From positions 224,001 to 288,000 of the IMG/VR virus record IMGVR_UViG_3300045988_155520: a stretch of 64,000 nucleotides of DNA; one strand, given 5' to 3'. Position numbers and translations under genes: made by a program. The notes under the pieces were generated by a model. It did no database searches. It saw only the letters and a program-made list of their open reading frames with translations, and was not told the DNA's origin. Source of the stretch: a virus. Shown here in pieces: positions 23,324 to 31,966 of the stretch (the stretch's first letter is position 1; the number at the start of each line of letters is the position of its first letter).

Positions 23324-24991
23324 CTATCCAAATATTTCTCTAATATCCATTGGTGTAATGGTTGTAAATTCATTGAGTTTCTCGAAGTCCTTTAATGAAA
23401 CATTAGAGAAAAACCCTTTATTTTGTTTGAGAGCTATACCATGTGTTTTACACATAATCAAGTATACACATTCTTCAGGAACATCTTTCGATGGTGTAAC
23501 ATAGAAAGTCTCTTCTATTGGAAGCTGAGTTAGTAGCCCAAATTTTTCAGAAATAACAAACATTCCATCTTCATCTTGAATTAAGTATAAGGTTTGTTCA
23601 CCTTCTCCTATCTTGCTAATGATGTCTGCCCAATATATATAAATTTCACATGTATCTGTATTTATTACAGAAATTTGATTATCTTTAAAACAAACCAACC
23701 TACCATATTGGTATACACATTTATCCACAGACTCATCAAACATGACCTTATTAGTTTTTTTATCTATTACTTGTTTATCTCCATCATCATCAGTCAGTAT
23801 AAGAATATTTTGATAGTTATCTAATTCCCTAATAGAAATCTCTTTTAACTTTTCCAAGGTCTTTGCGTTATAAATTCCGCCACCATCTTCTTCTTCATCA
23901 GTATTGGCGACAAATAAAAGACCATTATTTTCAATTGTGTCTATCCATTCATCACCGAAAGCTGCCTCGTGAATTAAACCATTCCTATCAATTAGAGCAC
24001 AAATTTCATATCCTTCATCAGTTTCACCTTGATAGACAACATAGTTTTTACTGTTGAAACAAACATTATCGTTAAAGTTGTAACCATAAATGTACAAATT
24101 GCCAGTTGTTTTATTCTGACACAATTTAAAACCATAATTCAAATTATCATCCAAAACTTCCACACCTTCAGGAATTAAACTCTGAATATCATCTGGATTA
24201 AATATACTATATATATCAGTTCCAATTAATTTAGAAAGTTGTTCTGGAGTCATTACAGAGTCGTTACCTCCGTTGTCATGATTCCATCTACAGGTTACTG
24301 TATTTACAGAACCATCATGTCTAAAAGATAGGGCAATCATCGAAAGTCCATATTCATCCAATGGACAATTTGGGCCTACCTTTCTTGGAACATTTTCAAA
24401 ACCTTCTTTTAATAAGAAATAAAACAAACCCTTACCTATACCGACATAATTAATGAAATCCTGTGAACGGTGAGTTACACACCATGTGGTGTAATCGCTA
24501 TATTCAGATGCCTCTGAAAACGATGGGATTGGAACAATTGTATAGCCATTATTATGTCCATTACTCTGTCCATAATGTGCGGTATTTTCTCTATTAGCCT
24601 TATCCGCTTGATGAACATAGCCTTCAAAATTTCTAAAAAACTCATCCAATGGCATACCATTAAGATTCTGGTCAAGATTTAGTTCCTTAGATTTGGCTGC
24701 TGCAACACTAATAAATTTGTTAAGTTTTAATAATGTGTCAGCATTTATTGATTTAGGATTCTGTAATAAAAATCTTACAACCGCTGGAAACAAATGAAAG
24801 TTTTCTTTACGTACACTTGGTATGTCATGCAATACTTTCTCTGTAAACTCTTTATCATTTGTATTTGGGGATAGTTCTCTAACCATTTTTCTTGCAAGGG
24901 ATTGGTTCTTTGAAGCACGGTTCTCAGTAATTAAACGACTTCTTTTAAATAAACTTGCGAACTGGTTTTTGTCTATAATAATTCTTCTCAT
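23324..24991 (-). CDS. hypothetical protein (shares a domain with 25564-26577)
   Basis: 555 aa. Shared block GPNCPLDEYGLSMIALSFRHDGSVNTVTCRWNHDNGGNDSVMTPEQLSKLIGTDIYS. The C-terminal half is repeat-rich. Confidence 0.85.
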   Translation of the reverse strand: MRRIIIDKNQFASLFKRSRLITENRASKNQSLARKMVRELSPNTNDKEFTEKVLHDIPSVRKENFHLFPAVVRFLLQNPKSINADTLLKLNKFISVAAAKSKELNLDQNLNGMPLDEFFRNFEGYVHQADKANRENTAHYGQSNGHNNGYTIVPIPSFSEASEYSDYTTWCVTHRSQDFINYVGIGKGLFYFLLKEGFENVPRKVGPNCPLDEYGLSMIALSFRHDGSVNTVTCRWNHDNGGNDSVMTPEQLSKLIGTDIYSIFNPDDIQSLIPEGVEVLDDNLNYGFKLCQNKTTGNLYIYGYNFNDNVCFNSKNYVVYQGETDEGYEICALIDRNGLIHEAAFGDEWIDTIENNGLLFVANTDEEEDGGGIYNAKTLEKLKEISIRELDNYQNILILTDDDGDKQVIDKKTNKVMFDESVDKCVYQYGRLVCFKDNQISVINTDTCEIYIYWADIISKIGEGEQTLYLIQDEDGMFVISEKFGLLTQLPIEETFYVTPSKDVPEECVYLIMCKTHGIALKQNKGFFSNVSLKDFEKLNEFTTITPMDIREIFG

Positions 24992-25041
24992 TATTTTAAT
25001 ATTAATATATAAAAATAAATATTAAATTTAACATTAAAAGC

Positions 25042-25077
25042 AAAAAAAAAACTTGACAGAAATACATCTATCAAGTT
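25042..25077 (-). terminator. rho-independent-like terminator
   Basis: Stem AACTTGA (25050-25056) / TCAAGTT (25071-25077). On the minus strand T10 follows. Confidence 0.7.
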
Positions 25078-25102
25078 ATGTGATTTTAACAACTTTCTTA
25101 GT

Positions 25103-25489
25103 TTAATTAGAGGTTGCTCTCTTCATTCTGCAACTCAAAGTGCCTAAATAGTTATGCATGGCTTGAAGTTGTTCATTCAATAGGTTCCTATCAGTTTCTT
25201 CTAAAGAAGCAAATGAATCTGAATCTATGAATTTTTCCAATTTTTCAATACGTTCATCCAATTCATCCAGTTCTAATTTCATTCTATCAATGAATGAATC
25301 AGCTAATGCGAAGTTCTCTTCAAAAAATGATTTTGGAGTCCAAGTAAGCTCACCATAATGATTTTCCACTAAATAACCATCCATTTCTTCATCACAATCC
25401 ATGTTGAATGGAAGTACGCCATCGGGTACATCTTTTAATTTCATAGGCTCAGCCATACAACAAGTTGTCTTTGATAAATATTTCTTCAT
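25103..25489 (-). CDS. hypothetical protein (paralog of 27537-27866)
   Basis: 128 aa. TTCCMAEPMKLKD and ERIEKLEKFIDSDSF match TTYCMDEAMKSND and ERLEKLEKFIDPDSL. Confidence 0.8.
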   Translation of the reverse strand: MKKYLSKTTCCMAEPMKLKDVPDGVLPFNMDCDEEMDGYLVENHYGELTWTPKSFFEENFALADSFIDRMKLELDELDERIEKLEKFIDSDSFASLEETDRNLLNEQLQAMHNYLGTLSCRMKRATSN

Positions 25490-25512
25490 AACATATATTT
25501 TTTAATACTCTG

Positions 25513-25544
25513 CAAAGATATAGAAAAAATATAATATCTCAAAA
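25513..25544 (-). promoter_or_regulatory. Bacteroidota-type promoter
   Basis: -7 TATCTTTG (25513-25520), -33 TTTG (25540-25543), 19-nt spacer. Confidence 0.7.
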
Positions 25545-25563
25545 TTTCAATATATAAAATATG

Positions 25564-26577
25564 TTAAAAATCTATTATTGATTCATGACCTAATTCTTTT
25601 CCTGTTTTCGCATCAAATTTAACTATGACTCTTCCAAGTTCGATATAAAGAACGTTATCTTTAATATAAGCATTTCGTATAGTTCTTGATTGAGAAACAA
25701 AGGATAAACCATTTATAGTTGCACATACATCGTAAGAATTATCAGTATGTAAAACTATAACATCTTTACCTGCGAAGTATTTTTTAACCGAATTACTTTT
25801 ATCTGTTACCAAATAATCATTTGCTTGCTTATCATAGACCAATTTAAAACCGTCTTTTAAGTTCTTTACCAACTTCAAACTATCTGTATGTTGTTCGTTA
25901 TCTCTTAAATCGTGTTTAATCTCTCTGGTTAAGTCTATTACTACATCTCTACCAAAATCAAATTGTTTATTCAATACTATTGCATCACGTCCATGAAAAT
26001 ATTCTACATCTTCTAAGAATTTATCAGTTACCAAATAATCATTCTTAGATTTATCATAGAATAGCATTAATCTATCTGCTATTTTCTTAATATATCTCCA
26101 ATCTTTAGGATAAGAAATATTGTTATACACGGTGTTTTTTGTTACAGAGTATATATCAGTACCTATAAGGTGAGAAAGCTGCTTAGAAGACATTATATTG
26201 TCATTTCCGTCATTCTTATGACCCCACCTGCTTGTAACACTATTAATTTCACCATCTTTTCTAAATGACACTGCTATCATTGATAAACCGTATTCATCCA
26301 ATGGTGCGTTATCTCCCTCCTCTTCTGGTATTGAAGCAAATTCTTTCTTTAATATAAAATAGAAATAACCACCATTACGTATAAATTTCAGGAATGTATT
26401 TTTATCTTTGGTAAAGTTCCAATTTGCATAATTAGAATATGTATTTGCTTCCTCAAACGTTCTTATCAAAGCAAGCATGTGACCGTTAAATTCACCATAA
26501 GGACCTCTTTCTTCATTCATAATCTTCAGAACTATATTCTTAAATTGTTGCTCATTAATACGTACTAATCTTCTCAT
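25564..26577 (-). CDS. hypothetical protein (shares a domain with 23324-24991)
   Basis: 337 aa. Carries GDNAPLDEYGLSMIAVSFRKDGEINSVTSRWGHKNDGNDNIMSSKQLSHLIGTDIYS. Internal repeat of the form YDK..NDYLVTDK. Confidence 0.85.
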   Translation of the reverse strand: MRRLVRINEQQFKNIVLKIMNEERGPYGEFNGHMLALIRTFEEANTYSNYANWNFTKDKNTFLKFIRNGGYFYFILKKEFASIPEEEGDNAPLDEYGLSMIAVSFRKDGEINSVTSRWGHKNDGNDNIMSSKQLSHLIGTDIYSVTKNTVYNNISYPKDWRYIKKIADRLMLFYDKSKNDYLVTDKFLEDVEYFHGRDAIVLNKQFDFGRDVVIDLTREIKHDLRDNEQHTDSLKLVKNLKDGFKLVYDKQANDYLVTDKSNSVKKYFAGKDVIVLHTDNSYDVCATINGLSFVSQSRTIRNAYIKDNVLYIELGRVIVKFDAKTGKELGHESIIDF

Positions 26578-26706
26578 TAATTTATCTTTTATTTATAAAT
26601 ACCATAATTAACACAAAAGATAATATAGATAAAAATATAACAAATAAATATATATTATATAATCAAAGTATTATTTATTATAATAATAACAAATATTTTT
26701 TAATCT

Positions 26707-27485
26707 ATGAGTACATATTTAAAAATCTTTGATGATAACGACCAAAGACTGAATTATGAGTTTGGAGACACTTATGTAAAACCTTATGTGTCAGTAATAA
26801 ATGAAGAAAATGGGGGGGGGTAGTAGACCCTCACTACAATGTACCAGATGATATTTTGAGTATCGTTACAAAGTTTGATAAATCTATTGCATATCTAACA
26901 GGTGAAGGAGAAATAACTAAACAAAAATTACCTGATGCACCTATAATAAAAGCTATATTAACTAATAGATGTACTGGTATAGGTCCGTCAGCATTTAAAC
27001 ATAATATCTTACAGAAAATTACTATTTCCAATACGGTAACTTCAATAGGTAGTAATGCTTTTGAAGATTGCTACGGATTAGAAAATATTTCATTACCACA
27101 ATCATTAAAAACGATAGGAGATAAAGCTTTTAGTGGCTGTTGGGCAACAAATCTTGCAATACCAGATGGTGCTAAAACCATTGGGAATGATGCTATAAAT
27201 AACTGTCCAAAATTGGAGACCTTAGTATTACCAGCATCATTAGAAAATATAGGAAATAACTTAAACTTTGAAAACTGTCGGAAGCTATCTCAAATTGTTT
27301 TATATGGAAGTGTTTCCAGATTAAATGACGACTTTAAAGAATTTTTGAGCAGTAATAATGAGTTTAAAAATCAAAATAGAACATATGGAAGTCTAAGCAT
27401 AACTGTAGAAGCATCTATTGCAGCAGAATATGAAGACTTTAAAAATAGGATAAATGGTAATTTCAACATTAATATAATGTATTAA
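26707..27485 (+). CDS. BspA-type leucine-rich repeat protein, frame split at a G9 run
   Basis: LRR units such as IGSNAFEDCYGLENISLPQSLKTIGDKAFSGC...IPDGAKTIGNDAINNCPKLETLVLPASLENIG. The LRR frame has no ATG (track start is TTG 26856). An ATG frame from 26707 ends at TAG 26821-26823, right after G9 (26812-26820). It is the only plus-strand gene inside the minus block and has its own terminator. Confidence 0.65.
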
Positions 27486-27494
27486 AACAAAAAT

Positions 27495-27531
27495 ACGAGC
27501 TGTGAAACAAAATCATTAGCTCGTCTTTTTG
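27495..27531. terminator. bidirectional hairpin terminator
   Basis: Stem ACGAGCT (27495-27501) / AGCTCGT (27518-27524) with T-runs on both strands. It sits between convergent genes. Confidence 0.7.
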
Positions 27532-27536
27532 TTAGT

Positions 27537-27866
27537 CTACAAATTATCTTTTCTACCATTATTCGGGTTATGAACGTCGTTCTTTGTTACAGAACAACCA
27601 TTAGATTGAGTTGGTTCACCAGGAGTAAATCTACCTCCTGTTATTGAACCACCACAAAACATATCACACATTTCTATATATTCATCTACAGTCATCAACG
27701 AATCAGGGTCAATAAACTTTTCCAGTTTTTCAAGACGTTCATTGATTTTTCTTAATTCATTGATTTTTGCATCGTAATCAAAACTATCATTAGATTTCAT
27801 AGCTTCGTCCATACAATAAGTTGTCTGTGAAACTTTTTTTTCTATTTTAACCATAATATTTAACAC
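27537..27866 (-). CDS. hypothetical protein (paralog of 25103-25489)
   Basis: 109 aa. Overlaps the 3' end of the Panacea-like gene by 20 nt. Confidence 0.75.
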   Translation of the reverse strand: MLNIMVKIEKKVSQTTYCMDEAMKSNDSFDYDAKINELRKINERLEKLEKFIDPDSLMTVDEYIEMCDMFCGGSITGGRFTPGEPTQSNGCSVTKNDVHNPNNGRKDNL

Positions 27867-28368
27867 TATTTCTTATCATTTTTGTTGGAATTATTATATT
27901 AAAATTACCATTTGTTAAAGCAACGTCATAACAAATTTTCCAACAAGACCATTTCTGAACAATATCTACCAATTTAGTAGGTTGATAATATAGGATGTTT
28001 GGATTTTTTTCAAGTAATAAATTTATTGCTTCATCGACCACTTGTTTACTATCATTATCTAAATCAATACTAACACTATCGTTCTTTATGTTACAGGAGG
28101 AATTGGTAATAGAGTATTTTGATAAGATATCTGCTGCAATAAATTCACAAACATCTTCTTCTACTGGACCAAATGGTTTTGCTACAAACTTATTGAAAAT
28201 TTCTGTTAGTTGTTTATTCTCATCTGTTGAAAACAAACCAACAGTTAAAAACAATAATCTAATTAACTTAGGTGCAGTAAATGTATCTGTTTTATTATTG
28301 TTTTTACGTATTAATGCATCTACAAAATATTCAAAAAATAAACTTTTAGCTTTCATACTCTTATTCAT
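27847..28368 (-). CDS. Panacea/DUF4065-like (SocA-type antitoxin-like) protein
   Basis: 173 aa. FTAPKLIRLLFLTVGLF...FVAKPFGPVEEDVCEF resembles the DUF4065 pattern (T.LKLQKLLY...AW.YGPV...Y). This is from memory, not a search. Confidence 0.45.
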   Translation of the reverse strand: MNKSMKAKSLFFEYFVDALIRKNNNKTDTFTAPKLIRLLFLTVGLFSTDENKQLTEIFNKFVAKPFGPVEEDVCEFIAADILSKYSITNSSCNIKNDSVSIDLDNDSKQVVDEAINLLLEKNPNILYYQPTKLVDIVQKWSCWKICYDVALTNGNFNIIIPTKMIRNSVKYYG

Positions 28369-28960
28369 TTTTATGCATATTCAGATGATAATTTTCTTTT
28401 AATTCTTCATATCTGTCAAGAATGAGTTTCTTATCATCTTCAGTAAGTTTTTCAGCTTCTTCTTTTGTTTGAAAGTAGTTTCCTGCGAGCCATGCCAAAC
28501 TATTACTATGGATTATATCTTCAATAGATTCTTTTACTGTATTTTCTTCCAAATTATAATAGAAGAATCGTTCATTGTCATTTGCATCAAATTGATATCG
28601 TTTTAGATAACTATTCCAAGATACGTTCTTAAATTTTCTACATATGTTTTGTAAGTAGACGTAATGGTCAAAATATCCCTTTTCCCACTTATATTCTTCA
28701 GTATTATCAATTTCTACTGTGGTATCGAATTTAATTCCTTCTGAAGGTGAAAAATAACAAAAAACTTTAGCTTTAGTTTCTGTAATATACTCATTAAATA
28801 ATGCATAAATAGTTTCGTCTCTATTTTGCATTCTCATAATATCTTCTTTTTCAAACTTAGGATATTCAATCTGTTCGAAAGAGACTACACCATCTTCAAT
28901 AACTGGTTTGTAACCATCTGGAATATCTATGCGGTCACATTCGTCAAAAATAATTTTCAT
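28361..28960 (-). CDS. hypothetical protein (DIPDGY-type N-terminus family)
   Basis: 199 aa. The N-terminus IDIPDGYKPVIEDGVVSFEQ parallels 33086-33655 and 36167-36469. The C-terminal YFQTKEEAEKL resembles YFRTKDLAELY. Confidence 0.8.
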   Translation of the reverse strand: MKIIFDECDRIDIPDGYKPVIEDGVVSFEQIEYPKFEKEDIMRMQNRDETIYALFNEYITETKAKVFCYFSPSEGIKFDTTVEIDNTEEYKWEKGYFDHYVYLQNICRKFKNVSWNSYLKRYQFDANDNERFFYYNLEENTVKESIEDIIHSNSLAWLAGNYFQTKEEAEKLTEDDKKLILDRYEELKENYHLNMHKNE

Positions 28961-28981
28961 ATTCTTAAAATTACTAAATTA

Positions 28982-29185
28982 TTAATAAACATCATTTAAA
29001 AATTTATAAACTGCGAATACACATAATGGGAATAATGATGATATAACGTACATTATTCGAACAAAAACAATACCATAAAAATCAGAACTTATCCATTCCA
29101 AATTCCATAGAATAATAGCAAAGATAATGTACAGTGAGGTAAAACTTGTAATCGTAATGCAAGCTACTTTTGAAAACTTCTTCAT
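28982..29185 (-). CDS. small membrane protein
   Basis: 67 aa with two hydrophobic segments. Confidence 0.65.
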   Translation of the reverse strand: MKKFSKVACITITSFTSLYIIFAIILWNLEWISSDFYGIVFVRIMYVISSLFPLCVFAVYKFLNDVY

Positions 29186-29197
29186 ATTATTTTTTTT

Positions 29198-29794
29198 TTA
29201 AAATTTATCTCTCACATCAGTTTCTTGAACTATTCCATCTTTAACAGTATAATATGTGTCTGGTTTATACATTTTACCATCAACAACATACATTAATTCT
29301 CGTTCAGTTTCAAATGTATTATTTTCTTTATTATATCTTACGTCAGAAATGTTAACGATAGTTCCGACCGAAGCTATAACTATATCTCCGAAGCCATGGG
29401 CATAAATAGTACATTTTTCACCATCACATCTAACTTGATTTCCATTTCCTAAAGTATGGATTTTACAATCATTACCATGGTTTATTATAGTTGGAGAATC
29501 AGCATGAACAATAATAGAACAATTGTTGCCATAGTTTTCAATGTATCCACCTCTCTTCATCAACGATATTTTACAATGTTTACCACTATTAACGACATTT
29601 GTATTACAACCATTACAATACATATCAACTAAATCACCAGTATTATATATCTTAGCCAAGCTACCAGTTCCTAATATCGTTGTATATGAAGCATCATTTG
29701 TAATTTCAGTTTTGATTCTATTGTAAAACAATGTTTTATTTTCACAATGATTAACAAATGATTCATCGCTGAAAGGGATTTTCGTTATGTCCAT
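29198..29794 (-). CDS. Gly/Asn/Cys-rich repeat protein (paralog of 54829-55575)
   Basis: 198 aa. Repeats such as NSGKHCKI, NYGNNCSI, NHGNDCKI, GNGNQVRCDGEKCTI. The C-terminal VVDGKMYKPDTYYTVKDGIVQE matches VKVDGKIIKPNTFYILKDDKIVE. Confidence 0.75.
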   Translation of the reverse strand: MDITKIPFSDESFVNHCENKTLFYNRIKTEITNDASYTTILGTGSLAKIYNTGDLVDMYCNGCNTNVVNSGKHCKISLMKRGGYIENYGNNCSIIVHADSPTIINHGNDCKIHTLGNGNQVRCDGEKCTIYAHGFGDIVIASVGTIVNISDVRYNKENNTFETERELMYVVDGKMYKPDTYYTVKDGIVQETDVRDKF

Positions 29795-29817
29795 ATATTC
29801 TCTTATTAATTACACTG

Positions 29818-29849
29818 CAAAGATAATAAAACTATTCAATACAACAAAA
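29818..29849 (-). promoter_or_regulatory. Bacteroidota-type promoter
   Basis: -7 TATCTTTG (29818-29825), -33 TTTG (29845-29848), 19-nt spacer. Confidence 0.7.
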
Positions 29850-29861
29850 TAAAAATAGTTA

Positions 29862-29897
29862 AAAAAATAAAAGTGGAATACAAAAACATATTCCACT
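29862..29897 (-). terminator. rho-independent-like terminator
   Basis: Stem AGTGGAATA (29872-29880) / TATTCCACT (29889-29897). On the minus strand TTTTATTTTTTT follows. Confidence 0.7.
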
Positions 29898-29905
29898 AAT
29901 CCTAT

Positions 29906-30154
29906 TCACCAAGAAATACGGAGATATACACTTCCGTTAAAACCTTGACTTTCTTCAGCTACAGAAAAACCACTTTTCACCAACTCAGAACATATATAAT
30001 CATTCCATAAATCTCTATCATAAATATACGTTTCCCGTACACCCAAAAGAGCGTCGTGTTTTAATATATCGTTAAGTTTTTCAATTCTCTTAATATTGCC
30101 TTCAGTATCTTTTGAAAATTCAATTAATTCATTTGGAGATATAAAATTTACCAT
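29906..30154 (-). CDS. hypothetical protein (tandem paralog)
   Basis: 82 aa. Close to 30195-30443: P.ELI..S......IEK.ND.L......RE..IY...LWND...SEL...GF...EE. Confidence 0.8.
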   Translation of the reverse strand: MVNFISPNELIEFSKDTEGNIKRIEKLNDILKHDALLGVRETYIYDRDLWNDYICSELVKSGFSVAEESQGFNGSVYLRISW

Positions 30155-30194
30155 AACTATATATTTTTTTATAAATTATCAGACTACTATTAGT

Positions 30195-30443
30195 TCACCA
30201 AGAAATATAAAGAGAAGGGTCTTCGAAAAATCCCTCTTTCTCTTCAGTAATTGTAAAACCATTTTGAGATAATTCAGAAAGAATTTCATCATTCCATAAC
30301 TCTTTCTCATAAATAAAAATTTCTCGTTTACCATCACTTGCAGCTTCTATTAACATATCGTTAATTTTCTCAATTTTTTCTGCATTATTTTTTCTATTTT
30401 CAGAAATCTTAATTAATTCATCTGGTGTTGAAAATTTTGTCAT
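30195..30443 (-). CDS. hypothetical protein (tandem paralog)
   Basis: 82 aa, a paralog of 29906-30154. Confidence 0.8.
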   Translation of the reverse strand: MTKFSTPDELIKISENRKNNAEKIEKINDMLIEAASDGKREIFIYEKELWNDEILSELSQNGFTITEEKEGFFEDPSLYISW

Positions 30444-30455
30444 AACTATATATTT

Positions 30456-31193
30456 TTATATTGTAAATAATTTCTCTATTGGTTTCTTTGTGATTGTTTG
30501 ATTTAAAGAACATAATACAGGTTTCTCCCATATACATTCAAAATCATCTGGCATATTGTATTCAGAAACAAAAACTTTATATCCATCTTTACTACGCTCT
30601 CGACACCATTGATAGAATGCCTCGTAATCGAATGTTTTTGAAGTACTGTACTGTTTTACGCCTTTATATGGAATATCGCAATACACAATACATTTATCGG
30701 TTGGTGGAAGTATGAATTTATCATAATTCTCACAAGAGAAAACTATATCTTTAATTGCAGGTAATTGATTCATTACGTTTCTAATTGATTCAGAAATGTA
30801 ATCTCGTGGTTTACCATTACTTCCTTGCACATTATGACCACTATATCCACCAGCAAAGAAACGACCGTTAAAACTTGCCATATGACCTATCCAACCTAAT
30901 TCTGCTTTAGTGAAAGTTGAATAATCACATTTATTATATGCCTCACGTGCTTTGTTATAAAGTTCTCTTTCAATTGTAGTTTCTCCAACCCATTCATTTT
31001 GGAGAGCTTTCCACATTTCAATTAAGAACTCATTATTATCATTGGATAATCTGATAAAGTCACGAGGAACTTTATCTATTAAATTACAGCCACCACAAAA
31101 TAGGTCAACAAAATAATCACCTTTATTTAGCTTACCTGTCATAAGTGGTATAATCTCACTTGCCGTTCTATTTTTTGAACCTTGATATTTCAT
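30456..31193 (-). CDS. DNA N6-adenine methyltransferase, Dam/D12 class
   Basis: 245 aa. Motifs MKYQGSKNR, VDLFCGGCNL (SAM-binding FxGxG-like) and YCDIPYKG (DPPY-type catalytic motif). Confidence 0.8.
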   Translation of the reverse strand: MKYQGSKNRTASEIIPLMTGKLNKGDYFVDLFCGGCNLIDKVPRDFIRLSNDNNEFLIEMWKALQNEWVGETTIERELYNKAREAYNKCDYSTFTKAELGWIGHMASFNGRFFAGGYSGHNVQGSNGKPRDYISESIRNVMNQLPAIKDIVFSCENYDKFILPPTDKCIVYCDIPYKGVKQYSTSKTFDYEAFYQWCRERSKDGYKVFVSEYNMPDDFECIWEKPVLCSLNQTITKKPIEKLFTI

Positions 31194-31200
31194 GAACTAT

Positions 31201-31527
31201 TTAAACTTTTAATCCTATAGCTTCAAACCAATTCCATATTTTGATATATTTATCAGTATCATATTGAAAGCTACCAGTAACAAAATAATTAATTGGCATC
31301 ATAATAAACATTATTAATATTAGGATTATAGCCAATGGCATAGTTAATCTCAAAAGGGCAGGAACTTTCTTCTTATGGACCATGAAAAATCTCACATTAG
31401 ATTGAGAAAATCTTCTATATAGTTCATCACGTGATAGGTCTTTAAGTTCTGGAAAAATCTTATCAAAATCTGGAATATAGTTCATACTTCCAAATGATGT
31501 TACATTTTCTAATTTTGTAAAAATCAT
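31201..31527 (-). CDS. membrane protein
   Basis: 108 aa with hydrophobic core VPALLRLTMPLAIILILIMFIMMPINYFV. Confidence 0.7.
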   Translation of the reverse strand: MIFTKLENVTSFGSMNYIPDFDKIFPELKDLSRDELYRRFSQSNVRFFMVHKKKVPALLRLTMPLAIILILIMFIMMPINYFVTGSFQYDTDKYIKIWNWFEAIGLKV

Positions 31528-31537
31528 ATTTATCTAT

Positions 31538-31966
31538 TTATTTTATCTCAAAGAAATCAAAAGAAAATCTATATTTAAAGAAACGTGAAAGATATTCATC
31601 TAACATTTCAGTAAAAAAATAATTATAAAAATATAGCTTCTTATTATTTTGCGTCGATGATATTGTTAAAACGTCGCATTTTTTGCCACGTTTCATGTTT
31701 TTTGCAATAACATCTTGTAAAATTAAGTCATCACTACAGAAATCTATAGTTTTACAGTTTACTCGTAAAATATTCGTTCCATCTATTTTTAGAATATTCG
31801 CAATGTTTGATAAATCATCTGTTAAATCTAAAATATTATTTTCAACATAAAAATTTTTAGACAAACCAAAATGGTCATATTTATTATCTGTTAATTTCTT
31901 TATCTCGTAAGATAATTTAACTTCTTCAATTTCATATTCTAAATCGTAAAGTTTTATTCGTAACAT
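31538..31966 (-). CDS. hypothetical protein
   Basis: 142 aa. Start overlaps the stop of the upstream methyltransferase gene by 13 nt. Confidence 0.75.
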   Translation of the reverse strand: MLRIKLYDLEYEIEEVKLSYEIKKLTDNKYDHFGLSKNFYVENNILDLTDDLSNIANILKIDGTNILRVNCKTIDFCSDDLILQDVIAKNMKRGKKCDVLTISSTQNNKKLYFYNYFFTEMLDEYLSRFFKYRFSFDFFEIK

